A DNA stretch of 63,965 nt, the filler included, from Blastocystis sp. subtype 4 (taxonomy: Eukaryota): the NCBI RefSeq assembly GCF_000743755.1. It is 4 parts of 4 records of this genome, joined end to end, with 100 filler letters (N's around TTAATTAATTAA, not from the genome) between each part and the next. Parts side by side here need not be neighbours in the genome. Positions count along the whole stretch, not along the records: positions 1 to 17,399 come from NW_014569319.1; positions 17,500 to 36,950 come from NW_014569318.1; 2 more parts are not named here. The stretch is one strand, 5' to 3'. The position numbers were made by a program, and so were the translations under genes. Each line of letters starts with the position of its first letter. The stretch's first letter is position 1. Positions 12,446 through 25,500 of the stretch are shown here, piece by piece. The notes below the pieces were generated by a model. It was not told the origin of the DNA. It saw nothing but the letters and a program-made list of their open reading frames with translations, and searched no databases.

Positions 12446-14780
12446 ATGAAGCTCAGTAATGGTGAATTGGAAAAGAGTTCTTCAATGGAAGGAGTCGATA
12501 CAACCTCTGGGTCGACAGCGAAGCTTCGACCCTTTGGGGAGTCGTTTTTTGTTTGCAACCTGTTATGTGTAGAGGCTCGATGTCTGATAATGGACTCCAG
12601 CATGGAAGAAGTGATACATCGTATTTGGGGAGTGAGTTGGGCTTCACAGATGTTTTGGGAGGGTACTCGATCGGATCCTTTAATGACACTGCCCAGGGAA
12701 CTACGGATGGAGATGCATATTACGGTTCTGTAATTGCCTCTCTCTATGTCTTAGTAGTAGATGCTTCCTCGCACGTATCCTTCATATGCCCAAACCCAAC
12801 GTGGTTCCTCTCTTTCTCCTTTTGCAAATACCGGAGGTGAGGAGAATCAACTGTATTCCCGTCATTCCTTAGGAGGGGTCTTTGGATATGGAGAAAGTAC
12901 GATGGAGCCATGTATGTTATATTCATTGAATTGTTATGCAGATTCTCGTAGTGATCTCGCATTAACCAATCTTCAGGATGTAATGGAGAACGATCTCTTC
13001 GGGAGCTCAACCCAACCTCTTCCTCCCTCATCGAGTACTTCGTTGAATCCTGGATCCAACTCCAGTCTTTCTGGTTCGCTCTTGGGTTCTAACTCGTCTC
13101 TTTTTAACCAGAGTAACGAGTCGCTTAATGGATTCTCGTCGATCATGCGTAAGGATCTCTCACCTACGCTTACAGGTCTCTCGCGTCTCAATCCTACCAG
13201 CAATGGGTTCATTCTCGGATCGTTTGATACAGACGATTATGGAACTTGTATCCCTGTATCTCACTGTTGAGTTATTAGATCCACATTCGTTGACGCCTCA
13301 AGCTGGACGTACTTCGTTTACTCCAGGACCTGCTCTGTATATGAACGATTATATCTCTGATTCGGGTTATTCGCCTCGTCCTCAGCTCTCTCCTATCACC
13401 TCACCTTATCCTGAACCCGAGTTATCACCTCGTCGTTTATATTCGTCGCAGTCCTCGCGTCTCATGAACCCGTACAGTTGGTGTGGATGGATCATTTGTA
13501 GGTCAGAATCCACTCGTATTCAGCGTACACTCTCTACAATTACTCCAAGCTCATCTCTTGGGGCTTCAATTCCTGCCACTTCAAGTCTAGAGATCCCAAT
13601 GGGATATCATAGTCAACAGTCCTTTAAGCGCAAAGAAAGTATGAAGAGTGCGGCTTGGCAGAACGGTGATATTGAGAGTTATCGAGGCCATATTAAGGAA
13701 ATGTCTCGAGATCATAATGGATGTCGTGCCTTGCAGCAGAGTCTGGACAATTGTCCCGAGAAGGTGGTGAGTATGATCTATGATGAGGTTGGTAACGAGC
13801 TCACAGATTTAATGATGGACTCCTTTGGAAATTACCTCTTCCAAAAGCTCCTGGATGTTAGTTCACCGGAACAACGTCGTGAAGTGGTATGTTTTGAGAA
13901 AATGAAGTTAGTTCTAGCTTAAGAAAGTGAAGAGTCGCATTGTTGATGCTTCGTACAATGTTCATGGAACTCGTAGTGTTCAGCGTCTCATTCAAGTCTG
14001 TAATGAACCTGATATGGTTCAAGATATCATGGATGCATTGCGTGGTCATATTGCTGCTTTGAGCTCTCATTCTAATGGCAACCATGTCATTCAACGTTGT
14101 CTCCAACATATGCCTGAGGAGTATCGTGTTTATGTCTTTGAGGAAGTTGTTAAGAGTTGTGTTGAGGTAGGCATAGAGAGGGTGTTTCATCTAGATTTCA
14201 ACTCATCGTCATGGATGTTGCGTGGTTCAACGTTGTTTGGATTCAGCTCCAAAGAAGTATCATGACATGTTGCTCGATGCAATTGTGGATCATTCAGTGG
14301 ATCTCATTTGTAATCCATTTGGAAACTATGTGATTCAAGTACGTGTGAAGCAGATGAGTAAGATTATAGTATCTGATTGAGCATGGTGAGGCAAGTGAGT
14401 CGGAACGAATCACCCGATGTGTCTTAGGAAAAGTCGCTAATCTCTCCTGTCAGAAGTATAGCTCGAATGTGATTGAGAAGATTCTGGTGTGTGCAACACC
14501 ATCTGTTCGTGGTGAGATTGTGGATGAGATTGCAACATCTCCGGATCTCCATAATCTGCTTCATGACAAGGTAGGATCCATGGAACTCGTTGATACCTAG
14601 TTCGCCAATTATGTGATTCAGAAGGCACTGAAGTTGGGCAATGATGAGCAACGACAGCAATTGTTGAAGGCAATTCGTCCTTATGAAGAAGAATTGAGCA
14701 AAAGTACGGGAGGAAGACATATCTTGAGTCAGTTGAATGAAATCTCAACCCCAAATTCCCAGAACTGGAGTAGGATGTAG
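12446..14780 (+). CDS. Pumilio/PUF RNA-binding protein (Puf4/APUM7-12-like repeat code)
   Basis: Ser-rich N-terminus, then 8 PUF repeats: DHNGCRALQ, DSFGNYLFQ, NVHGTRSVQ, HSNGNHVIQ, HRHGCCVVQ, NPFGNYVIQ, QKYSSNVIE, DKFANYVIQ. TAG at 14778-14780. The start is inferred through an intron at 12541-12572. Confidence 0.92.
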
Positions 14781-15080
14781 GGTTTACAGCATCTTGATAC
14801 CATACTGTACTATGTTGAATGTATCATTTTTCACTTCGTCTGTTAGTCTTTATGATTTTCTGTCAATTGAGGGAAAGATACGCCAGTGGGATTGTATATT
14901 AGCTTCATTTTCTATTGTTTGTTCTTAGAGAGCCCATATTTATTAGGGACAAGAGTTATCCAATTTAAGATAAAGATACAGGAACCAAAACAGGAATTGG
15001 GCCAGCCCCGATTATATTCATTCACCACTACCTCATTCTCTTTTGGGTAGAATTCGTTTGTGGATTAGCGGTCATATAAT

Positions 15081-15637
15081 ATGGTATGTTTGGAAATCGT
15101 GTGGATGAGCTCTCTGAGCAAGAAGGAAGAGAATGGATGGACTGTGTGTGACATTCTTAGAACAAGCTGTCTTACCGTTCTCTAGGTTTTCACTCGTTTT
15201 GTTGAGGTTGGACGCGTCGCCTACATTAACTACGGACCTGACTTCGGTAAGCTTTGCACCATTGTCGATATTATCGACGGAAAGAGAGTATTTGTTCATT
15301 AGGTGTGTTCTAATGATTAGGTTCTGATTGATGGACCTACCACTGGTGTTAAGAGACAGCAGATCTCTGTACTTCCTCTTTTGTTTGTCGTTCTCATGAA
15401 TAGGTTGTCCGTCTGTATCTGACTGACTTTGTGATTCCCCTTCCTCGTGGTGCTGCTACTGAGGCTGTTTCGGAGGCTTTCAAGGCTGGTAGGACTTTGG
15501 ACCGTTTCTTATAGCTAGGAGAAGTAGAAAACAAGTGGAACGAGACTGCTTGGGCTAAGAAGCTTGCTGCTCGTGCCAAGAAGGCTTCTATGTGCGATTT
15601 CTGCCGCTTCAAGGCTAGATATGCTAAGAAGCACTAA
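15081..15637 (+). CDS. RPL14: 60S ribosomal protein L14 (eL14), 5 exons
   Basis: ATG, a 102-nt intron, then [47 protein letters not shown]...[29 protein letters not shown] at 15671-15678. Confidence 0.93.
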
Positions 15638-15893
15638 ATGTGTATGGGATCGGACAAACGAATATTCTTCTGTTTGTTTTAGTCTTTGTAGAGTTTCATT
15701 GCATTGGTTGATTTTCTTCGATCCGACTCTGAGACACTTTCAGATCCAATATTTCACATGATTTGAAGTTGGTTAGAAAGAAACCATTTTCAAACCCGAT
15801 AGCGCCCAATAACTGGCATAATTCTTGAAAAACTCCCAGAAATACAATTCTTCATTTGTTCGTTTATTCTCCTTTTCATATAGTTTATTAACG

Positions 15894-17239
15894 ATGAACA
15901 AGCTGAAAGCCAAGTTTGAAGGTGTCATGAAGTCTACAGCTATGTCTGCTCAGCAGATCTATAAGCATAAGTCGTTTAATCTATCAAAGACACAAGAAGA
16001 TCCAGAGTATGGATTCAATGATATTGGTGATATTGTTTAGGTGGGATGAACCATGCAAGGAATTCCTGAAGATCCATAAGGAAGTTCTGGATCTTGTACT
16101 CACGTCGTTTCTCTCTGTTAATTTATAGATCGATGAGGCAAAATCCTTCCAGAAGTCTCTGACCGAACTGTGTAAGTGTATGTCAAAAATAGGAGATATC
16201 TTTATGAGTGGAGTCAATGATGGTGATCCGGACCATACAAAGAGGATTGCGAGTGCCTATGACCAGATTGTGAAGTCATGTAGCGAGGAACCACTTCAGA
16301 GTGCTTTAACCCGTATTACCGAAGAGATTATTGACAATTTGAATAGAAAGTTGGCCGAAATGAAACCTCTTCTGGTTGTTGTTGTTTCTCTTTCTCATGT
16401 CTAGGATGCCATCGAGACACGTAAGAAGTGCAAAATGGACTACGATCACTATTACTTCAAGTTGGAACAAATGCGAAATAAACCCAATACAGATCCTAGC
16501 AAGGTTATTCGTGTAGGAGGATTGGATTCGGACTTATGTGTAGAATCAAGACAAATTCCAGGAATGTCAGACAGCACTTACCAGCATCACAGATCGTTTG
16601 ATTGATAAATTCATTGAATATGAAACGGCTCGTCCAACCTTCCTCGCTTATGAGTTCCAGACTCTTCGTTCTGTTCAGAAGGAGTTCTTCACTGCTCTCT
16701 CGCAGAGCATGTCCAAGTTTAAGGTGACGCAACCTCATGAAGGAGAGCCTACAGAACCAATTGTAGCTCCTCTGAAAGGAGGTGTGGTTAGTGAGAGTCG
16801 TTCTCAGATGACATCCTCAGGTGCTCAACCTCGTCGTGGTCCTCGTGGCCGACGTGATGATGACGAGGATGAAGATGAAGACGAACCTATGCCTCGTGGT
16901 CGTCAGTCAATGAGTGGATCGTTCCGTAGACCAACACCAGGTGCATCTCAATCAACTGGTTTCAACAAGGGACCCAAAAAGAGTCCCTTCGGAAATGCAG
17001 CTAGCGATGCACCTGTTCCTGTGGACGATGAGGTACCTCGCTTACCTCCTCGTCGTGCTGCGAAGGGTGTTTATGCTTTGGTTATGTACGATTTCCCAGG
17101 TGAAGAAGATGATGAATTGCCGTTGCGTGAAGGACAGAAGGTTCGTGTCACTCGTCAGCATGAAAGTGGATGGTGGACTGGAGAGATTAATGGTAATGTC
17201 GGTGTTTTCCCTGCGACATATGTAAAACTTCTGGACTAG
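15894..17239 (+). CDS. BAR + SH3 domain protein (amphiphysin/endophilin/Rvs167-like)
   Basis: Helical N-terminus with TQEDPEW and IETRKKCKMDYDHY (BAR-like R..DYD), an acidic/Pro linker, and a C-terminal SH3 domain (ALVMYDFPGEEDDELPLREGQKV..GWWTGE..GVFPATYV). Confidence 0.85.
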
Positions 17240-17399
17240 TTCCGTTTTTGTTATCTACTTGTTTGTTGACACCCTTGTGCATTATACATTCATTAATAGA
17301 AATACTCTGTTTCCTAACAAACAGTCCAAATGAATCAACACAAGACTCTCTCCACACCAACACAAGCATAACTGTAGTTGGCAGAGTCACTTCCTCCCA

Positions 17400-17499
17400 N
17401 NNNNNNNNNNNNNNNNNNNNNNNNNNNNNNNNNNNNNNNNNNNTTAATTAATTAANNNNNNNNNNNNNNNNNNNNNNNNNNNNNNNNNNNNNNNNNNNN
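17400..17499. other. Artificial contig-joining spacer 44N-TTAATTAATTAA-44N
   Basis: Exactly 100 bp; the palindromic linker at 17444-17455 puts stops in all six frames. The other two gaps have the same structure. Confidence 0.97.
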
Positions 17500-17595
17500 A
17501 AGAAGCCTGTGGAAGAAGAAGAGGAAGAAGACTTCGGAGAGGAGGAAGAAGAACCAGCTGCTGCTGCTGATGAAGAGGACTTCTTGAGTTGGTAA
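17500..17595 (+). CDS. 3' fragment of an unidentified gene with an acidic C-terminus
   Basis: KKPVEEEEEEDFGEEEEEPAAAADEEDFLSW* directly after the gap; TAA at 17593-17595. Confidence 0.55.
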   Translation, partial: KKPVEEEEEEDFGEEEEEPAAAADEEDFLSW

Positions 17596-18086
17596 GCAAT
17601 TTGTTCTTTTGTTTTCTGTATACCATATTTACTGGAGTTTTTTCTGATTTGGAGAGATCAATCACAAATCAGTATGATGATAGTTTATATATCTCTCTTA
17701 CTAATATAATATGTTCAAGAAATAATTAGGATTCCGGAATTAAATCCATAATGAAATGCTTATCTGAACTCCTCTTTGTGTTATTGAAAGGATATCGTTT
17801 CATGTGTAACAACAAAACGGTCGCTATTGATTATTGGATCACACATGGCATTGAAACTGAGTTACAGAATCCCACTTTTATTCAATTATATTTTTCAGCA
17901 TCTTATATGTAATTATATAGCGAAATATCCTTGTTCATAGATTTACTCTAAAAGAACCGCGGAAACTGGATAATCTCATTTTATCATCGAGAAAAGAGCT
18001 ATATCTTTCATAATATAGTTCTTAGTCTACTTAACTAGGACAGGAACGTAGGGCCGGGACAGCTGTCTTCCAAAGCGGAAAAGAGT

Positions 18087-19424
18087 ATGTGTTCGTGGAG
18101 CAAGAAAGAAGATAAGTTGCTGTTACAATGGGCTGCTAAATATGGTCCTAGCGGTTGGTCATATTTACTTCCTAAGCTTCATCTGAAGAGTGTTGAAGCA
18201 TGCAGTTCTAGGTATGACAATTGATTTGTATCTTATTCTAGATTCTATGAGATCAGTGAATCGTCTGGACCCAACCGAGAGTTGACTATCGATGAGCTTT
18301 CAGTCTTATATTTTGCTGTAATTGCCTGTAATGGAAATTGGAATATCATCGAGGTGAATATTGATGGATTATCAACGGATACCTTGCAACAGCGATGGAT
18401 CAGTTTATGTTGTCGTCTGTGTCATCGCTTTGTATGTTTAACATGTTAGTTTTATTGATAGAAGGTGTTTGGAGGTAGTTCACTATTGAAAGAGGAATTG
18501 GCGAATATCAAGATTGTTGATTTCATTGTTTGGATTAACTTGTAGTTTAAGTCGTTTAAGTCTCTGTATGTTTCAAAATTCCATAATCTCTCGATTGATT
18601 ATGATTTGTGGTCATCTGATGGAAAACTCCCAAATCAGTCCGATCTTTCCTCCTTTTCCGATACTAATAGTTCTATGCCTCTGCATGATACAAATCGATT
18701 AGATACAGTGAGTTATGATAGATTCAATGATACTGTCTACATGTTAACAGTTCCCGAATACCACCGTCTTCAGCAGCGGATGAAGAAACAATCGAATAGA
18801 GTAGTTTCCAATCCAAGAACGTCTCCGAAGCCATCATTTCATCCTCATTCTGATGTATCAACTTCAATAGATGCTAGTTCCATGTCTACCACTGCTGTTT
18901 CGGTTTCTGATCAATGCTCGTCTCCTGAACCCAGTACCACCAGTCATTCGGATCAAGGAACAACACCCCTCTCTCCTAATCCCATACCTGCGACAAAACC
19001 AACTTGTTCTCCTGATGCCAACCTTATACCTTGTTCTGTCATTTCTGTTCCTCTTATGAGTATGCCGAATGGATGTACGCCTTTTTGTTTCCCCTCCTGT
19101 AATCAACCTAACTCTGAGTTTCAGGAACCCAAATGGGGTTTTGTCCCACTTCTGTTTATGGAAGTGAATTCTGACTCTCTTCCAAGCAAACGCTCTGGAG
19201 ATTCTGAGACGAGTACACCAAAACGTCAAGCTATTACACCAGTGGACTCTCTCGTTATACCTGTGTTGGACTCTTCTTCAGTGGAGCCTTCTATCGCAAC
19301 ATTGTTGGATGTTCTCCGTCGTGAAGCCAATAGTTCAGTCCCCTCGGAGAAAATAGTGTACATCCCTACCAATGTTGTACCTACTTTCGATTTTTGTAAC
19401 CAAACGATTTCTATAAAGTTGTGA
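18087..19424 (+). CDS. Divergent two-repeat Myb-domain protein with a Ser/Pro-rich C-terminus
   Basis: WSKKEDKLLLQWAAKYGPSGWSYL..KSVEACSSRF and a second repeat LTIDELSVLY..NGNWNII..DTLQQRW. Three ~30-nt introns join it to ORF 18606-19424; TGTTTGTT at 19526-19533. The start may lie further upstream. Confidence 0.72.
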
Positions 19425-19555
19425 GTGAAATGATGCTTTATCTTTTGATCATGTAAACTTGAGTCCCTCCTAAGTTGAAAACATGAATACTTTTCCTATT
19501 TTATTATTCTATTTTATTCTTTCTTTGTTTGTTAGAGCCATTGATAGTTACAATC

Positions 19556-22500
19556 ATGAATGATACTACCCCAACTCCATCTATCCCACCAATTGATAGA
19601 TGGTGGGATGAATTTTGGCATTTCTATAACGGAAATCCTGATTTGCCTTTAGGAGTAGGAATCTGGTGTTTATTTTATGGTCTTGCACTTCTTGCAATAC
19701 TATATTTCATATCCTTTTGTTGTACAATCCTAGTTACCTTCATGGACACCTTCCCTATATAGTCACTTGGTTGCTTGTAAAGATCGTAAATCTATTTCTC
19801 AAGGATGCTGAAATCAGTTTACAAAGTATCTACTTTTATCCTCTTAATGGAGTACTTCGAATTACTCAGTTGAAGTAATATTCTATTTTCCAAACAATTT
19901 CTAGATATTGTACAAAAGATTTCTTGATTGAGCTATATGATCTTAGTATCTTCTTCCACGTGTGGGGTGGATTAAGCAAGTGCTTATCAATCCAGATCAA
20001 AGGTACAGAAGTATTTGTATATGGCAATGAAGCACGGTATCATCAAGTGGTAAGTCTGAATGAAGAAATGAATTCCTAGGAAGCCATGATGAAAGAATTT
20101 GTTGAAGAGAAGAAAAAAGAAGCCGAAGTGGGTATCATTCTTGAATATCATTGTAGAGACTGGAAAAAGAGAAGAAAAAGAAATCCGTAGAGTCAATAAA
20201 CAGATCTGAGATGGATTTGGAGAGTTATCGAAAGAAACAATCTCGTCGAAAGGATCTTCAGAAGCAGAATCTCAAGCGAACTACCCCACCTCCACTTAAT
20301 GTTACTCTTTGTCTCTTTCCTCACTCCTAGATGTCATCTGCTCCACTTCCTTGGATCTATCGTTGGTTCCACACAATTCACATTATCCTTCACAATTGTA
20401 ACATATATGCTGGATCCCCGTTAGAGCCATATCTCCTGTCAATCCATGTCAAGCGATGTGTTGTCAATAGTACATGCGGTAATTGTATCAAGGAGAATCG
20501 TGGTTTTGATCTCTATCGAATGATTTCAGGAGCTGAATGTACAGATGTGGTGATGACTTGTCAAAGACACCCAGGATACTTCGGAGATGGACTTGTTCAT
20601 GGTGTTAATAACAACCAACCCAAGTCCAATCCTGTGGTGAACTCAGTATCTGGAATCATGCAAGTGTATCGTCAGATGAAGATCTCATTGGTCGAACTGA
20701 AGAATGTGATTGATCAGGATGTTCATAGAAAGCGGGATTCTCATCGATTATATCCTACTGGAGAGGATACATCTACTGAAGAGGATGAAGAAGAGATAGA
20801 GAATAAAGAGAAGAAGAAGAAGCGTCATAATGAAAAAGAGAGTGAGTATGAAGATGAGACTGAGCCAATGATTCTTGTTGCGGAGTATATCTTGAAGAGA
20901 ATTCTTATTTATAGAAAACTGCTTTTAACTCTGTTTCAAGATTCTCCTGGAATTGTTACAGCTGCAAATAACAATACTTATCCACAGTTTGCAATTCATA
21001 TTGCCATTGAAGGAAACAATACTTATGTCAGATTCATTCTCTCTCCTTATCACATAGTACTCCAATTATAGTGCCATTATAACTTACGGACCTTATCTCA
21101 ACAGTATCCTTCTGAATCTCTTTCACTATTTTATGCCTGTTTACTATGGAGATTGGAGTTTGTATCAACCTTCTGTTGGATCCTTACGACAATGCTTTGA
21201 AACTCGTTGTACTGTGACAATTGATTCTTCTGTTCTCTTACGTGTTCCTTTTCAAGCTAATACTAGTGAATTTAGTGAGATTCTGTTAATATTAGGTGTT
21301 ATTGTGACTCCTGATAGTCCTCTCTTCAATCCTGCTCATGCGAAGGAAGAAACTGAATTGATTTTGGGTCCTATCTCTGATGCTCACTCCAAAGGATATG
21401 AAAGCAAATCGCTTCTGGTCGAGATTGGAAAAGGATCAGTTGTTACTATCACCATACCAAATCTGCTTATTAAAGAATCCGACAATACAACAGCATTCCG
21501 TATTCGTGGTAAAAATGTCAATGTAAAAAATCATGACTATTATGAATTGTAGATTCTGGATCCAGAATACATCAATCCTGTTGTAAAGGCTCAGGAATTG
21601 GATGTTGATTACTTGATGGAATATCCTCTTCAATTTACAGGGCTCTACAAGACACAGGTGAATATTCAATTTGGAGGACTGTCGGTCTGTTTCTATTACA
21701 ATCTTGTGAATATGGTGACAGATTTACTTGGTAATTTTGGAATGTATTCAAACAAAGATTATGAGTATTTCTGCAAGAGTGAAAATATGTAGATTTTTAG
21801 GAATGATCTTATCCTAGTTATACTATCGCCATTACTAATCTAACAGTATCAATCCCAACAGTTGAAGATAATGTGGTGAATGATGTGACTCTATTGGATC
21901 AGTACAATCATATTCAACTTGAAGTGACATCACTATTCACAGAGATCACTGCTCCTGAACTCCATTATAAGAGTAATGGTTGCTACAGTTTCACTGTATT
22001 GCTCGGTGGAGAGAAAGTCACAGGTCATTTTCCTATCATTGCTTCATTCAAGCCTCATCAACGTCATCCAGTAGGTCAGTTACGAAATGGACAGAAAACA
22101 GACCATTATACCTCTTTCTTAGGGTGTGAATCTCTTCTTCTGAAGGGTGATTATCATTATCATGCCTCTATTGCTGAAGTATGCTAAGAATTGATTGCTT
22201 AATGATAGGATGTAACAGATTCCATGTTCATGGCTCTTTCTTTGTCAAACATACGTTGCATCTTTTATCCTGAAGTCTATCCTACTCTCTATTCTTTCAT
22301 CATGAATGTATTAGGAGAGAATCAGTATACAGTAAGAGAAGAGGAATATTTAGCAATGCAAAAGAGTAATCGTTCTCTTTTCTTTCTCAAATATTTCAAT
22401 GATTTCAGAGAGAACAAACGAAATGTTCTCACTACGTTTTCAACTATTTCTCTCTCTGATATCACTATCGAAGTACCTGGTGATCTGTTCCTTCCTGTTC

Positions 22501-25500
22501 CTTTGCCTTTCACACCTTGCAATCTTCAAGGAAAGGCTGAAATGAGTTCTGGTAATAACATTTTGTTAACATTGGGTGAGATTGAAATGGATTTTGCTAC
22601 AAGTCCATCAATCTTTGATATGAATCTCAGTACAACAGCTATAACATGTTCGTTACCATGTACAGAGAAGTAATGATTGATTGGACGTCTCAATTATAGG
22701 TCTACAGTGAGCAAGAATGATGAAAATACAGTCTATGTTGATCCTATTCATGTTCATGTGAAGCAGTTGTATAATTCTTATGCCTTCTTCCCAGTAATCA
22801 CATATTATCGGAAAGTTGAAGTGGATGTGGGTCGTGTAGAAGGATCTCTTAGTTGTAACTCTATGTTGAAAGTGTGCAACGATGTTGATAATTGGCTCTT
22901 TGGGTTTGATGCATTCACTTCTTCTGAAGTGATCCAACGTCAATATGTAGACAAGGAGAATGATGATAACATATAGCTTGGTCAGCTTATCACAGCAATT
23001 AGTTCTGTATCTCTTTTCAATTCATATTTGGATGTTGAAACGATTCGTAGTGTTTATATAACTTTGAGCTTTGATGAGCAATTCTATAGTACACAGAGCA
23101 AACAAGCAGAAGTAACGAAGACAAAGAAGAGTACTACTTTCTTCAAACAGACATATGAGATCAAAGCAGCTCATGCATTTAATGTGTATAGTATCAATCG
23201 TACATTCTATGTGTATCTTCATATCATTACCAAGTCGGGTTTACAGAAATGTGTGGGTGTAGCGAAGATTGATAATTTGGCATTACAAGTTATCACCAGT
23301 CGACAGCATAGTGAGAATAGAAAGGAAGCTGATGATCAATACAGCATTCTCTTCTTCCCAAACAATCACACATACACAGGTGCCAATAATGCAATTGCTG
23401 AGAGTTCTGTCAAATGTACTTATTCGCCTGCTATGAATTCGTTCACTTCGGATAGCCCTCTAACAAGGAGTCAGATGGGTCAGCGTTCAGACAGTTGTAT
23501 TATCTATACAGAAGAAGATGCAGATTCTGTACATGTGACTATTCCTGAGGAATCGGAAGAGGATGTGGAGAAACCTAGAAATGTCGAAAATGAGTTAGCG
23601 AATGCTGTCGAAGAGTATGAGACAATTGGAGTTCGTAGTAAAAACTTTGGCTATGTGGGCAGTCAAGAGACACTAGTCTCGTGGGAACGAATGAATGAGA
23701 ACTATGAGACTGCTCTTCATTACATGAATCGGTATTTGATTGCTGATTACAAAGTTTCTATCCCTTCTCTCACTCTGATTGTTCTCTTTCCAAACAATCA
23801 AGTCTCTCCATCTCTTGCAATGCAATTGAATCCTGCTACTCTTACAAACTGTCTGTATCTCTCGTTGCCTAATCCTATCACTGTATCATTTGATTCAATC
23901 ATTACTCCTACTTCTCGAAATCGTCTTATTGTCAATATTCCTACGATTGTCACTCATATTCTCAAAGGAGTTGACTTTAAAGAGAATCGTTCCACACGAT
24001 CGGATCTAACACGTTCAATTGATCTAATGCATAGTGAAACAATAGGAAACACTCGATATCTATGCATTGGTGATCTGGTGTGTTCAGCTCGTATAGCAAT
24101 GTACCATTGAAATGATCGAATGATACATAGATATGATAGTAACAGCAGTATTCGTGAGCCAGTCCTTCAGAATGCATTCATTCTTGCAGTAGATAGAAGT
24201 AGATTAGTATTACAACGGAATAAGGGTCGAGCATTGGATTGTCATTATACAGAATACAGTTTACACTATAACCTCTGTAATCAACTTGCTGCCAGAATCA
24301 AAGAATCTCTTGTCAGTGCAAGTTCTGCTGGATATGTACAGCTCCAACAACAATTCAATCTTCAATTTAACAATCCTTCTTCACAACAAGCCTTTCTTTC
24401 TCCTTCTGGGAATTCTGGAGGACCAGAATCCCGACTGAATCCAGTGGAACGATTGCATGCAGCTAGTGAGGCTTTGCATTTGAGTGAGTATGGAATGAAA
24501 GAAGCGATCAGTGACGATATGGAGTCAATTGGAGCGGAATCTTCAGATTGGGAGACAGTATGTTCCTCTGAGAATGAAGATGCTGCTTCATTTGATAGTA
24601 TTCCTCCTTCGACGGATAGTGGTAGGAAAGATGACAGTCTATTAGTCTAGATCTCCCTGTAGAACCGTTGAGTAGTTCTGAAGTTACCACAGAGATCCCT
24701 CTCAGTGATGTGTGTTGTGAATATTCGCTCACAACGACACCATGCAGTGTTTTTGAGTATAATCTGGAAATTGAATTGATGTTTAGTAATCCATTCAAAA
24801 CAAGGATTCAGTCATCATGTGTGAATGTTGTATTGAGTGATCTATGGCCAAGTGCTGAAACCCTTCCAAATAACACTTACAATACGAATCTATTTGAACA
24901 ACTCCATACACTGTCCCATGTATTGCTAACTGAACATGAGAGTGGATCGATGAAAACATCCCAGAATGGTCAAGGAACCAAGAAGAACATTGTAGCTGAC
25001 GTTGAATCATATCCGGTCAAAGTAGGAATGAGAGAAGAGATGAAGAGTAGACCATTCTTGTGAATTTGGATAATAATACTCGTATCACATTGATGGAAGA
25101 TTGTGTGAATATGCTGAATGAGATGGTTGATCAAGTATTGACTCTTCCTTTCTCTAGTGAGCATGTGTTGGAACGTTGGAGTAAGAAATATCTTCGTTCT
25201 CAGAGACCTCTTCCTGAGTTGGATCAGTCTCAACGCTATCAGTACAATGTGACGAGTATGAACATGGAATTGAGTTGATGAGTAGCGGGACTTCATCCTC
25301 TTGTTGTAGCGAAGAAGCAGAATATCGTATTATCTGGAAATGAACTCCGATTAACGGTTATTACGCCAATTGAGCAGGGGAAGCCGATTCAACCAGAATC
25401 CGCATCAACGAATCCGTTTATTCCTCCTTCACCTAATCCAACACCAACAGAAGACAAAAAACCTTCCATCTCCCATCTGCTTGTGATAACGATGGAACTT

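Noticed and set aside
13680..14640. PUF protein as the reader of the UGUUUGUU 3'-end motif
   Set aside because: The repeat code (R8 NYQ, R7 SNE, R6 NYQ, R5 CCQ) predicts UGUA, the ordinary PUF target, not UGUU.
17330..17399. Minus-strand gene end before the first gap, and a plus-strand open frame at 37051-37194
   Set aside because: Probably real 3' fragments (3' motifs nearby), but too short to fix the frame or identity.
17444..17455. Repeated palindrome TTAATTAATTAA (also at 36995 and 54327)
   Set aside because: Assembly linker centred in fixed 100-bp N spacers; not biological.
17925..18030. ATATCCTT/ATATCTTT...AC segments upstream of the Myb gene (and GTATCCTT...AG at 11550-11577, minus strand) as further U12 introns
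   Set aside because: They are in non-coding context with no reading-frame test available and cannot be supported without cDNA.
21104..21111. GTATCCTT, a U12-like donor in the BLTP1-like gene
   Set aside because: It lies inside the conserved coding motif YGPYLNSILLNLF, and the frame is continuous without splicing.
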